Made by a program: the position numbers and the translations under genes
In this document: positions 19,663 to 29,265 of the stretch, one piece after another
How the letters are laid out: the number at the start of each line of letters is the position of its first letter
How positions within the stretch are numbered: position 1 is the stretch's first letter
The notes under the pieces: generated by a model
Database searches by the model: none
Seen by the model: the letters and a program-made list of their open reading frames with translations, nothing else
Told to the model about the DNA's origin: nothing
Assembly: GCA_034717975.1 (NCBI GenBank)
Contig: JAYEMF010000077.1
Coordinates: forward strand, 1 to 42,671
Direction: 5' to 3'
Length of the DNA: 42,671 nt
Origin: Campylobacterota bacterium
Lineage (GTDB): Bacteria > Campylobacterota > Campylobacteria > Campylobacterales > Sulfurimonadaceae

Positions 19663-20247
19663 GTGCATAACCTGAAGACGCAACTTGACAATGCCGGTCT
19701 GCTGTTCACTGACGACCTTTTCGAGAGATTGAAACGCTATAGTGAACACCTTTTTAAGTGGAATCGTATTCATAACCTTACCGGTGTTAAAAATAAAGCC
19801 GAATTAAATGAGTTTATCTACGATGCGCTCTATCCCATCTCCTTTCTTCCAGCACTCAAGCAGGCGATGGACATCGGAACAGGGGCTGGTTTTCCGGGTC
19901 TGATTCTTGCTATGGCCCTACCGGAAACTCATTTTACATTGGTCGAACCACTGAAAAAGCGCGCCAGTTTTTTACAGTTTATCAAAGCTGATCTTGGACT
20001 GGATAACGTGAGTGTCAAAAGCTGTCGGGTCGAAGAGCTGGAACCTGAACCTATGGAGCTTATTACCTCCCGCGCAGTTACCGACACCAAACTGCTTTTA
20101 AAACTCAGTCAGCCTTTTATGGTACAAGGGACACTCCTGCTTTTTTACAAAGGGGAAAAAGTGTTTGAAGAGGTCGATCCGTCACTGAAGCACCAGATTA
20201 TTCAGACGGACAAACGACACTATCTACTAATCGAGAATGCATCATGA
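19663..20247 (+). CDS. rsmG: 16S rRNA m7G527 methyltransferase
   Basis: WNRIHNLTG, MDIGTGAGFPG, EPLKKRASFL, ITSRAV; GTG start with AGGAG RBS. Confidence 0.95.
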   Translation: MHNLKTQLDNAGLLFTDDLFERLKRYSEHLFKWNRIHNLTGVKNKAELNEFIYDALYPISFLPALKQAMDIGTGAGFPGLILAMALPETHFTLVEPLKKRASFLQFIKADLGLDNVSVKSCRVEELEPEPMELITSRAVTDTKLLLKLSQPFMVQGTLLLFYKGEKVFEEVDPSLKHQIIQTDKRHYLLIENAS

Positions 20248-20468
20248 TCAAATACCTCCTGGTTATCGCCGTTATTGCCGCTGTCTACTTTTTCTTTATC
20301 AAGAAAAAAAGCGTCAAAAAACCCTCAGAGCCAAACAGAAAATCAACCAGAAAACTGGATGATGAAGATATGGTTGAGTGTGCCAAGTGCAACACCTATG
20401 TTCGCGTTGATGAAGCCTTTATCAAAAATGGCCAGTACTTCTGCTCGCAAGAGTGTATGAACAGCTAA
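20244..20468 (+). CDS. PP0621-like small membrane protein with Cys-rich metal-binding motif
   Basis: N-terminal TM, MVECAKCNTYV...YFCSQEC. Confidence 0.8.
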   Translation: MIKYLLVIAVIAAVYFFFIKKKSVKKPSEPNRKSTRKLDDEDMVECAKCNTYVRVDEAFIKNGQYFCSQECMNS

Positions 20469-20479
20469 AAGGGGAGAAG

Positions 20480-20872
20480 ATGCTACTTTTTGGTCACCGT
20501 TTTATCGCTTCGGAGCGTTTCTATCACATCGATAATAGCGATGCGATTGTCCACACGCCTTCCAATAGCCTTCTCTATCTCTCTTTTTCTGAAAACAATC
20601 TCGATATTATCGATCATATGCGCGCCAATCATCTAAAATTTGCACTCGAATGCCATACACTCACTGAAGTGATCTATGCCAATACCCTTGACGCCGCCTA
20701 TATTGTCGTGGACGAAGCCCTTTCAAAAAGTGCCCAAAATGCAGCAGACAGCTATCTGTTTGATGCAAAGGTTCTCGTACATATCGATAGTGAAGATAAA
20801 ATTGAAACAATGGCCTCCGAGGGGATCGACGGCGTTCTTTTTTCAGAAGGTATCGTTAAAATCAGCGGCTAG
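20480..20872 (+). CDS. Hypothetical protein
   Basis: Start MLLFGH at 20480 after GGGGAG RBS; co-oriented with rsmG. Confidence 0.75.
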   Translation: MLLFGHRFIASERFYHIDNSDAIVHTPSNSLLYLSFSENNLDIIDHMRANHLKFALECHTLTEVIYANTLDAAYIVVDEALSKSAQNAADSYLFDAKVLVHIDSEDKIETMASEGIDGVLFSEGIVKISG

Positions 20873-20880
20873 ATCGGCTT

Positions 20881-21900
20881 CTACTCAATAACAATGCGTT
20901 TGATATACGAACGCATTCCCACCATTATCTCATAGCCGATTGTCCCGGCCACCTTTGCGATCAAATTGGCATCATCAAAGATCAATAAGTTCTCATCATC
21001 AGCCCCGAACGAGCAGCTATCCATCGACACTCTGCCAAGCAGGGGTTTGCCTTCTGGTGAAACATAGTTATTGGAGAGTGTGCGGAACAGGCCATCCGCG
21101 TATCCAATGTCATAAGTAGAGACCCTCTTTGCATCATCAGCCGTGTAGGTTCCGTTGTAACCCACCCGTTGTGATGGCAGCAGCTCTCTCGAAGCGATCT
21201 TCTCTCCCCATAGCGACATCACCGGTTTGAGCTCGGGCTGCATCAGTGTACTGTCCATCTCTAGGCATCCATATACTGCGATACCTACCCGTACCATCGC
21301 TTCATCCTCGGGAAATGAACGAAAGAGCGAAGCGGAGTTATTGCTGTGAAAACGCAGCGGATCAATACTATATCTTTTTGCCAGTTGAGTGGCGTGTGCT
21401 TTGATCTGTTCAAAGTTTTTTCTCTGCCAGAACCACTCGGAACTCAGAGTATCACCGCTTCGCTGATGGGTAAAGAGACCTTCAAACTGCAGGCCGGCCG
21501 CTTTGATCATCTTAAAAGCCGCTTCGAGCTGTGATGGTGTTATGCCATTACGGTGCATACCGCTGTCGACTTTCAGTTCGACACGGCACCCTTTTGGAAA
21601 CAGTTCGATCTGTTCAATCGCATTAATGGTATAACAGATGGTCTCACTGGCTTCTTTGGGGATATCCGCCAGCACCAAAATATAATTGAAATAGCGGCTG
21701 ACAGCAACGGCCTCGACATGCGTTCGCACAACCGCACGGCTGATACCATACTCTGAGGCAAGGCCGGCGATGATCTCAAGACCATGCCCATAAGCGTTAT
21801 CTTTCAAGACCAGGGCAACCTTTTCTACATCTCTTGAGTGCTGCTTGATGGTATCCAGATTATGAAAAAGTGCCGAACGGCTGAGTGTGATATATGCCAT
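20881..21900 (-). CDS. alr: Alanine racemase
   Basis: LVLKDNAYGHG PLP-lysine motif, KVDSGMHRNG, IGYADG, GRVSMD. Confidence 0.96.
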   Translation of the reverse strand: MAYITLSRSALFHNLDTIKQHSRDVEKVALVLKDNAYGHGLEIIAGLASEYGISRAVVRTHVEAVAVSRYFNYILVLADIPKEASETICYTINAIEQIELFPKGCRVELKVDSGMHRNGITPSQLEAAFKMIKAAGLQFEGLFTHQRSGDTLSSEWFWQRKNFEQIKAHATQLAKRYSIDPLRFHSNNSASLFRSFPEDEAMVRVGIAVYGCLEMDSTLMQPELKPVMSLWGEKIASRELLPSQRVGYNGTYTADDAKRVSTYDIGYADGLFRTLSNNYVSPEGKPLLGRVSMDSCSFGADDENLLIFDDANLIAKVAGTIGYEIMVGMRSYIKRIVIE

Positions 21901-22039
21901 AGGGCATTATAGCCAACCGTTGATTTGAGGCCTGCATGATTGAGTGAACTTCCAGGCCAGGCGAGATGATAATAAAAACAATATTTTATGATATCTGTTG
22001 TGATATAATGGTTTTAATCGGATCTCAAGAGGGTGTATT

Positions 22040-23260
22040 ATGGAATTATCTATCTATCTGGCGCGTCAACCTATTTATGACCTTAAAGGCAATATAGCTG
22101 CCTACGAGCTTCTCTATCGCAATACCGAGAAGAACAGCACTTCTGTCAACAACCACATGCATGCAACTGCACGTGTATTGGTGAATGCCCTGAACTATAT
22201 CGGTCTGAACAATCTGACCAAAGGCCACATAGCTTTTATCAAAGTTGATCACACCACTATACTGGATGATATTATCTACTCCATAGCACCATCTCACTTT
22301 GTTCTGGAGATACTGGAGAGTTCTGTCATCTCATCCGAACTGCTTAAACGGATCGAGTATCTCCATACCAAAGGCTACCGTTTTGCACTCAACCATTTTC
22401 ATGACAGTCCGGAGTTCATACTGCAGTTCCAGTCTCTCTTTGACGCCATTGATTATGTCAAGATCGATATAAGCGAAACGGATGGAGCCGATGCGATCAT
22501 AACAAAACTCAAAGAACACAACCTCACATTTATTGCCGAAAAAATTGAAGATGAAACTCACTATGAAAACTCTAAAAAAGCCGGATGTGAACTCTTTCAG
22601 GGCTATCATCTTGCCAAACCGATTCTCTTTAAAAAAGAGCGTGTCGATCCCGACAGCTCTTTACTGATTGAGCTGATCTATCTTCTGCGGACCAATGCAC
22701 CGCTTGATGAGCTGCTTGAAAAGTTTAACAAGTCACCCTATCTTACGATCACTCTGCTCAAGTTCATCCATCTTCATGAAGGGCTGAAGCAAGATACCCT
22801 CGCATCCATTGAACAGGCACTAATTTTGATTGGTCGTGAGCGCCTGGGTAACTGGCTTGAGCTAATGGTCTATGCCTACGATAAAGAGAGTGAAGAAGAA
22901 GCATCGTTTACCAAACGTCTCAGTGAACAGGCACATCAGCGAGCTTCACTGATGGAAGAGCTGGCCAGACGTACCAAATCTTCTGACCGCTTCGCCCATG
23001 CCGCCTATATGACAGGCCTCCTCTCCATGGCGGAAGCGATGTTTCAAAATGGATACACCGATATTCTGAAACAGATCCATGTCGATAAAAATATTGCCGA
23101 TGCACTCGTGAAAAAAAATGGAGAACTGGGCCAGCTGCTCGGGCTCGCCATTGCCGTTGAGAGAAACGATATCCATACCATCAACGCTATTATCGGGCAG
23201 CTCTATATCTCCCAAAATGAGCTTAACGCCTGTATATTGGCTAGTTACCGTCGGAATTAG
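22040..23260 (+). CDS. EAL + HDOD domain signal-transduction protein (YuxH/PdeH-like)
   Basis: ARQPIYD, AYELLYR, IAEKIE, LFQGY, HDOD-like SIEQALILIG and AYMTGLLS. Confidence 0.88.
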   Translation: MELSIYLARQPIYDLKGNIAAYELLYRNTEKNSTSVNNHMHATARVLVNALNYIGLNNLTKGHIAFIKVDHTTILDDIIYSIAPSHFVLEILESSVISSELLKRIEYLHTKGYRFALNHFHDSPEFILQFQSLFDAIDYVKIDISETDGADAIITKLKEHNLTFIAEKIEDETHYENSKKAGCELFQGYHLAKPILFKKERVDPDSSLLIELIYLLRTNAPLDELLEKFNKSPYLTITLLKFIHLHEGLKQDTLASIEQALILIGRERLGNWLELMVYAYDKESEEEASFTKRLSEQAHQRASLMEELARRTKSSDRFAHAAYMTGLLSMAEAMFQNGYTDILKQIHVDKNIADALVKKNGELGQLLGLAIAVERNDIHTINAIIGQLYISQNELNACILASYRRN

Positions 23261-23277
23261 ACTGTTTAACTGCCGTC

Positions 23278-23305
23278 TCGCTATGCTCCGAGAAGAGCAT
23301 AGTGA
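23278..23305 (+). terminator. Hairpin downstream of the EAL-HDOD gene, possible terminator
   Basis: TCGCTATGCTC-CGAGAA-GAGCATAGTGA; no U-tract on the + strand. Confidence 0.4.
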
Positions 23306-23496
23306 AACCGCTATAAAGAAAGAAGGCTGAACCTCCAGCCAATAAAATAATCAAAACTATTTTTTTAGTACGTTCATTCATTTGTGTACTTTGACGTAAT
23401 CAAGCTGAAGGTTGCAAGTAAAAAGAAGAAGAATGTTGTCAAATATTGTCAAAAAAAGAGAGTATTTAATTCTACACTTAACAATCTAGCAAAGAA

Positions 23497-23514
23497 TTGT
23501 TACATTAATGTTAA
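23497..23514 (+). promoter_or_regulatory. Candidate regulator site upstream of nosZ, shared with the nosA-like promoter
   Basis: TTGTTACATTAATGTTAA; 17/18 identical to the reverse complement of 34810-34827. Confidence 0.55.
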
Positions 23515-23631
23515 ATTTTGAAAACATTAGTAATTAAAATCTTTCAAATAAGTTTAATTTAAAACTATTTACTTTAGCATGAGAATAAGTCTGATTATAT
23601 TTTAATATAATTAAACTGCTGTGTTTTAGGC

Positions 23632-23701
23632 TAATGCTTGGAGTATCGGTAAACCGCTTTTCCCACCTTGGACAAGGGTTTATCCATACTTCGAAGCATT
23701 A
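23632..23701 (+). promoter_or_regulatory. Long hairpin in the predicted nosZ 5' leader
   Basis: TAATGCTT/AAGCATTA closing a ~30-bp imperfect stem, downstream of TATAAT at 23606-23611. Confidence 0.6.
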
Positions 23702-23763
23702 AACGGAGTGTGATAAACAAGTTACATTTGTTTAGTTTAAAACAAAATTTAAGGAGTCGATTT

Positions 23764-26358
23764 ATGAATAGCTTACATAAAATTTCATCCTTGCTCGTAG
23801 GAACTGCACTGACAGCTACTGTTGCATCAGCTGCCGGCGGTGCCCTCGAGAAAGTGATGAAAGAGCGTGGTCTGACAGAGAACGATGTCATCCGCGCGGC
23901 AAAAACCTATACACCGACGGGTGGTCGTGAAGACTACATCGTTTTCAGTTCAGGTGGTCAATCAGGTCAAATGATCGTTTACGGTGTACCGTCAATGAGA
24001 ATTTTAAAATACATCGCCGTCTTTACACCGGAGCCTTGGCAAGGGTACGGATACGATGTAGACAGTCTTAAGATCCTGCGTCAGGGTAATATCCGTGGCC
24101 GTGAGATCAACTGGGGTGATACACACCACCCGGCACTCTCTGAGAAAAATGGTAAATATGACGGTAAATGGCTGGTCATCAATGATAAAGCCAACCCGCG
24201 TGTTGCTGTTATCGATCTGGAAGACTTTGAGACAAAACAGATCGTAGTCAACCCGGTTTTTAAATCTGAGCACGGTGGGGCATTCTTTACACAAAACAGT
24301 GAGTATATTATCGAAGCATGTCAGTACGCTGCACCATTCGATAACAACTACCACCCGATCGAAGAGTACAAAGAGACCTACCGTGGTGGGGCTACAATGT
24401 GGAAATTCGATGCTAAAAAAGGTCGCATCAACGAGAAAGACTCTTTCACGATCGAGATGCCTCCATATATGCAAGACCTTAGTGATGCGGGTAAAAACGT
24501 TTCTCACGGCTGGGCATTCACCAACTCATTCAACTCTGAAATGTATACCGGTGGTATTGAAGTAGGCATGCCGCCGAATGAAGCAGGTATGTCTCGTAAC
24601 GATACCGACTTTTTGCACGTATATAACTGGAAAAAGCTGGCTAAGCTGGCAAAAGACAAGAAAAATGTAAAAATGTACAATGGCCACCCAGTCATTATGA
24701 TGGATACAGCCATTAAACACAATGCACTTTTCCTTATTCCTGAGCCAAAATCACCGCACGGTGTCGACGTTTCACCTGATGGTGAATACATCACAGTCTG
24801 TGGTAAGCTCGATACACACGCGTCTGTTTACAGTTTCTCTAAAATCATGAAACTGATCAAGAACAAAGACTTTGCAGGGAAAGATCCGTACGGGATTCCT
24901 ATCCTGGATATGAAAAAATCACTGCATGGTCAGGTTGAACTGGGTCTTGGGCCTTTACATAACCAGTACTCAAACGTAGATGGTGAGATCTATACTTCAC
25001 TGTACGTTGACTCACAGGTTGTTAAATGGAACTATAAGACTTTGAAAGTACTTGACAAAGTAAACGTCCACTACAACATCGGTCACCTTTGTGGTATGGA
25101 AGGTAAATCGGCAGATCCTCAGGGTGAGTACATCATCGCACTGAACAAACTGTCTATTGACCGCTTCAATCCGGTTGGTCCTTTGCATCCGCAAAATCAC
25201 CAGCTGATCGATATCCGCGGTAAAAAGATGGACCTTCTTGTCGATATGCCACTGCCACTGGGTGAACCTCACCAGGCCGTAGCGATCCGTGCAAGCAAAC
25301 TGCATCCGCATGTACGTTATAAAATGGGTACAAATACCAAAACCGGTAAGATTCATAAAGGTAAAACTCTTGCAGGCCAGGAGCGCATCGAGCGTAAAGG
25401 CAACAAAGTCACTGTCTATGCAACAATGGTTCGTTCACACATCAATCCTGAACGTATCACGGTTAACAAAGGTGACGAAGTTACTATGCACCTGACCAAC
25501 CTTGAACGTGCCCAGGATGAGACACACGGTTTCACTGTTGACCACTTTGATGTTCACGCTTCACTGGAGCCGGGTGAAACTTCTACTATCAGATTTATTG
25601 CAGACATCGAGGGTGTATTCCCTTACTACTGTACAGAGTTCTGTTCAGCGCTTCACCTTGAGATGATGGGTTACCTGATGGTTAAAGATCCGAACAAAAA
25701 ATATGTATCGGCTCAAAAACTCAAAATGAAAACAATGTCTGCTGCGGAGCTAAAAGCCGAATATGACAAAACTGTTGCCGTCAATGCTGCGACGGATGCT
25801 GTTATCCAGAGTGTTGTTGCCTTCTTGAAAGAGAACGGTTTTGACAAACATCCTACTGTTGCAGCTCTTGTAACGGATGCCTTTGACCAGTATGGCCAAA
25901 TCCCTGGAGAGAAGAAAAAATCTGATGCAGCGGTTAAAGCCGGTGACATGGAAAAAGCGATCCTGTTTGAAAACATGATCTGGCAGTACATGGTTAAGAC
26001 GGCAGATGTCGGTATCCGTGCAAAAGACCTGCTGGTCCTTAAAATCGCAACTAAACAGACACCTGCACAGGAACGCGGTCAACGTGCATTCGACGAAGGT
26101 GGATGTTCAGGTTGTCACGTTGTCGGTAAAGTCAGTTCCGGTCCGGACCTCACTGGTGTACTTCAACGTCATGAGAATGCTGAGAAATGGGTTTATGACT
26201 TTATCAAAGACCCTGAAAAAATGTATGGTGATCCATATGTTAAAGGGATGATCGACTACTTCAACCTCAAAATGCCTAACCAGCATATGACCAAAGAAGA
26301 GACAAAAGATATCATCGAGTACTTCAAATGGATTGACGAGAACGCCAATCTGTTCTAA
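23764..26358 (+). CDS. nosZ: Clade II cytochrome c nitrous oxide reductase (cNosZ)
   Basis: Sec-type signal without twin-arginine; CuZ His motifs DTHH, SEHG, SPHG, GPLH, NIGH, EPH; CuA motif CTEFCSALHLEM; C-terminal heme c CSGCH. Start MNSLHK at 23764 after AAGGAG. Confidence 0.98.
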   Translation: MNSLHKISSLLVGTALTATVASAAGGALEKVMKERGLTENDVIRAAKTYTPTGGREDYIVFSSGGQSGQMIVYGVPSMRILKYIAVFTPEPWQGYGYDVDSLKILRQGNIRGREINWGDTHHPALSEKNGKYDGKWLVINDKANPRVAVIDLEDFETKQIVVNPVFKSEHGGAFFTQNSEYIIEACQYAAPFDNNYHPIEEYKETYRGGATMWKFDAKKGRINEKDSFTIEMPPYMQDLSDAGKNVSHGWAFTNSFNSEMYTGGIEVGMPPNEAGMSRNDTDFLHVYNWKKLAKLAKDKKNVKMYNGHPVIMMDTAIKHNALFLIPEPKSPHGVDVSPDGEYITVCGKLDTHASVYSFSKIMKLIKNKDFAGKDPYGIPILDMKKSLHGQVELGLGPLHNQYSNVDGEIYTSLYVDSQVVKWNYKTLKVLDKVNVHYNIGHLCGMEGKSADPQGEYIIALNKLSIDRFNPVGPLHPQNHQLIDIRGKKMDLLVDMPLPLGEPHQAVAIRASKLHPHVRYKMGTNTKTGKIHKGKTLAGQERIERKGNKVTVYATMVRSHINPERITVNKGDEVTMHLTNLERAQDETHGFTVDHFDVHASLEPGETSTIRFIADIEGVFPYYCTEFCSALHLEMMGYLMVKDPNKKYVSAQKLKMKTMSAAELKAEYDKTVAVNAATDAVIQSVVAFLKENGFDKHPTVAALVTDAFDQYGQIPGEKKKSDAAVKAGDMEKAILFENMIWQYMVKTADVGIRAKDLLVLKIATKQTPAQERGQRAFDEGGCSGCHVVGKVSSGPDLTGVLQRHENAEKWVYDFIKDPEKMYGDPYVKGMIDYFNLKMPNQHMTKEETKDIIEYFKWIDENANLF

Positions 26359-26365
26359 TCAAACC

Positions 26366-26393
26366 AAACAGGAAAGGAGTCCCTTTCCTGTTT
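26366..26393 (+). terminator. Intrinsic terminator after nosZ
   Basis: AAACAGGAAAGG-AGTC-CCTTTCCTGTTT, perfect 12-bp stem. Confidence 0.8.
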
Positions 26394-26394
26394 A

Positions 26395-26408
26395 TTGACA
26401 AGCGTCAA
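26395..26408 (+). promoter_or_regulatory. Crp/Fnr (Nss)-type box upstream of nosB
   Basis: TTGACAAGCGTCAA (TTGA-N6-TCAA); candidate -10 TAAACT at 26431-26436, 22 nt downstream; second candidate TGTTATACT at 26471-26479. Confidence 0.6.
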
Positions 26409-26515
26409 TGACTTTCTTCACAAAATAACCTAAACTACTTAAAATTATAGATTTTATTTATCAAATTATCTGTTATACTTTTATAAATAAGATCTAATAA
26501 AAACAAGGCAGTACG

Positions 26516-27301
26516 ATGCATCCAAGTCTACTAAAATCAAAAATTTTCGCAACCATTGCGTTACTTATTCTGACCTTCTCATTTACCTTTCCGATGATTG
26601 CTTTTCATGGCACACTCAATGCGGTTCACGAAGAGAGAATCGATGATATCTCTCCGTTTACGGCAAGTGTATGGAACTTTTACAGCAAGGGAAGATACAT
26701 CAGTACCACTACTCCTGAACCAGCACATAATGACCTGATGGGGATGATCGAGCACTCAGCTGAACTGGGTGTGGCATCTTTGCCTATCTGGGCCGTCTCG
26801 CTTGAAGCTCCCAACTACCCGAAAGAGGCATTTCCGGAAGGGATCCCGGTCTTTTTTCACTTTGATGGTTACAGCGGGGAAGTTCACGAAATGAACACCA
26901 TCAACCACTACGTTGGTATGGACCCTATGTGGGTTGGTGGAACTATTGAGAGAGAGATCGGTATTTATGCTCTTCTGGCACTCACTCTGGGCATTATCTA
27001 TTTTATTGCCTACAACAAAAAGATATTGACCTATATTATGCTTGTACCGGTGTCGCTGCCTGTCCTGTTTATGGCTGACTACTCCTACTGGCTCTACTGG
27101 TTCGGACACAACCTGCATGACTGGGGTGCATTCAAGATCAAACCGTTTATGCCGACGGTCTTTGGCGATGGAAAAATTGCACAGTTTGTGACACACTCCT
27201 ACCCGACCATCGGTTTTTATATGATCCTCCTTATCTCACTCTTCGCGCTTTTAGCAGTTATGGCAAGAAAAAAAGCCAATGACGAGATGGCAGCAGAGTA
27301 G
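26516..27301 (+). CDS. nosB: NosB membrane protein
   Basis: LEAPNYP, EMNTINHYVGM, WLYWFGHNL, PFMPTVFGDGKIAQF; directly after a clade II nosZ. Confidence 0.9.
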   Translation: MHPSLLKSKIFATIALLILTFSFTFPMIAFHGTLNAVHEERIDDISPFTASVWNFYSKGRYISTTTPEPAHNDLMGMIEHSAELGVASLPIWAVSLEAPNYPKEAFPEGIPVFFHFDGYSGEVHEMNTINHYVGMDPMWVGGTIEREIGIYALLALTLGIIYFIAYNKKILTYIMLVPVSLPVLFMADYSYWLYWFGHNLHDWGAFKIKPFMPTVFGDGKIAQFVTHSYPTIGFYMILLISLFALLAVMARKKANDEMAAE

Positions 27302-27307
27302 CCTTTG

Positions 27308-28525
27308 ATGATTAGCCGTATCGCCTCGATCTTAGCACTGTTATTTGCACTTTCTGGTGCATCAGTGCTTCAAGAGGCGATCGACAGTGCCGAAGCGGGT
27401 TCGATTATTCGGCTCAATCCCGGTGTTTACAAAGGCAGTCTGCTAATTACCAAACCGATCACTATTGAAGGCAAATCAGAAGGTGTTGTCATCGATGGTG
27501 AAGGCGAAGGCACTGTCATTACCATCAAAAGCTCCTATGTCACTCTGAAAAACCTGACCATTACCAACAGCGGTGCCCAGCATGAAAAACTTGACTGCGG
27601 TATCAGTATCGGGGATGCCAAACACTGCGAAGTCTCCGACTGTACCATTACCGACTCACTTTTCGGCATCGATATGCAGATGACCAATAATTCAATCATC
27701 CAGAACAACTATATCACCTCCAAAGATTTTGATCTGGGACTGCGCGGCGACGGACTTCGCCTCTGGTACAGCAATGACAACCTTATTAAAGGCAACAGCC
27801 TGGTCAAATCAAGAGATATGGTTGTCTGGTATTCGCATGGCAATATTATCGAAGAGAACTACGGTGAGTACTGCCGCTACTCCCTGCACTTTATGTATGC
27901 AGGTAAGAACTATGTGCGCAACAACAGTTACAAGTATAACTCTGTCGGTATCTTCTTTATGTACAGTAAAGACACTATTGCCACCGGAAATATCGTTAAA
28001 AGTTCACTCGGTGCTACGGGAATGGGGATCGGGTTGAAAGATGTCTCTAACTTTACCATTGAAGAAAACACCGTTATCTACAATGCTCAGGGAATTTACA
28101 TCGACCGTTCCCCCTTTGAGCCAGATACTAACAACTTCATCAACCGTAACAAGATCCTCTATAACGCCGAAGCACTCCATTTTCACTCGCTGAGTGAAAA
28201 TAATATTATAAAATATAATACTTTATTGGGTAATATTGAGGACATTGTTAATGATTCGCGCGGGAGCAATACTCAGGACAATGAGTTCGAAGGCAACTAC
28301 TGGGACAGTTATGCCGGATTTGACCGCAATAATGACAATATCGGTGATACACCGCACAAAGTCTACCAGTATGCGGACAAACTCTGGCTCTATAACCCGG
28401 AAGTGAAGTTTTTTTATGGTTCACCGGTAATCTCACTGCTGAACTTTTTAGCAAAGTTGGCCCCGTTTAGCGAGCCGATTTTTTTACTTGAAGATGAAAA
28501 ACCCAGACTAAGGGAGAAAAGCTGA
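27308..28525 (+). CDS. nosD: NosD, CuZ maturation periplasmic protein
   Basis: Beta-helix repeats, RGDGLRLWYS, RYSLHFMY, GNYWDSY. Start may be TTG at 27305. Confidence 0.95.
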   Translation: MISRIASILALLFALSGASVLQEAIDSAEAGSIIRLNPGVYKGSLLITKPITIEGKSEGVVIDGEGEGTVITIKSSYVTLKNLTITNSGAQHEKLDCGISIGDAKHCEVSDCTITDSLFGIDMQMTNNSIIQNNYITSKDFDLGLRGDGLRLWYSNDNLIKGNSLVKSRDMVVWYSHGNIIEENYGEYCRYSLHFMYAGKNYVRNNSYKYNSVGIFFMYSKDTIATGNIVKSSLGATGMGIGLKDVSNFTIEENTVIYNAQGIYIDRSPFEPDTNNFINRNKILYNAEALHFHSLSENNIIKYNTLLGNIEDIVNDSRGSNTQDNEFEGNYWDSYAGFDRNNDNIGDTPHKVYQYADKLWLYNPEVKFFYGSPVISLLNFLAKLAPFSEPIFLLEDEKPRLREKS

Positions 28526-28527
28526 TC

Positions 28528-29265
28528 ATGGCAAAAACAGTAAATAAAGAGCGACGCGAATTTATCCAGTACTCGACACTCGGTATATTGGGAGCAGTAC
28601 TTGCAGGTGGAATCGTTGGCGTACCTTACCTCAATGCGGAAGAGACACGTTTACGGCCTCCGGGAGCGATTGATGAACACACCTTTCTTGGCCTCTGCAT
28701 AAAATGCGGTCAATGTGAGCAGGTCTGTCCTTATCACTCTATCCACCTTGCCGATATCTTTATGGGAGCTGGAGAGGGAACACCATACATCGATGCCCGT
28801 GAGCGTGCCTGTTATGCCTGTGAAGCCGTTCCATGCGTTCTGGCCTGTCCAAGCGGTGCACTTGACCATGCATGTGAAAAGGCGACCGATATTAGAATGG
28901 GGATAGCCGTACTTGAATTTCCAGATGCCTGTATCGCCATGACCAATACACCGGTTCCTAAAAAACACATCGATAGAATGCATACGCATCCGAATACCAG
29001 ACAACTTGAACAGGATGTCCTCGATAAAGTCGATGCCTTTGAGGGTGAGCAGTGTTCCATGTGTGCCGATATCTGTCCACTTCCGAATCCTCTGAGTGCC
29101 ATTGCGATGATCCCGGATGCCGCTGGCGGTAAACGTCCCGAGATCTATGACGGCTGTGTAGGATGCGGGGTCTGTGAAGAGGTTTGTCCTGTTGATATGC
29201 CGGCCATCGTTGTCAAGCCCAGACTGACTTATGAAGATTACTATGAAAAAGGGATACGTTCATGA
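28528..29265 (+). CDS. nosG: NosG (NapG-like) polyferredoxin
   Basis: Tat-like ERREFI, LRPPGA, CIKCGQCEQVCP, CVGCGVCEEVCP. Confidence 0.9.
   Translation: MAKTVNKERREFIQYSTLGILGAVLAGGIVGVPYLNAEETRLRPPGAIDEHTFLGLCIKCGQCEQVCPYHSIHLADIFMGAGEGTPYIDARERACYACEAVPCVLACPSGALDHACEKATDIRMGIAVLEFPDACIAMTNTPVPKKHIDRMHTHPNTRQLEQDVLDKVDAFEGEQCSMCADICPLPNPLSAIAMIPDAAGGKRPEIYDGCVGCGVCEEVCPVDMPAIVVKPRLTYEDYYEKGIRS

Noticed and set aside
19365..19773. Short minus-strand ORFs (66 and 63 aa) as a transposase remnant or toxin
   Set aside because: They lie within the palindromic element or antisense to rsmG, with no recognisable motifs.
23391..23403. TTGACGTAATCAA as an Fnr/Nss box for nosZ
   Set aside because: Half-sites are one base too close (TTGA-N5-TCAA) and it is about 200 bp from the best -10 element; cannot be excluded but is not supported.
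23668..23763. Longer nosZ N-terminus from the ORF track, with Arg/Lys residues suggesting a Tat signal
   Set aside because: A strong AAGGAG RBS precedes ATG 23764, which gives a clean Sec signal; the extension overlaps the leader hairpin.
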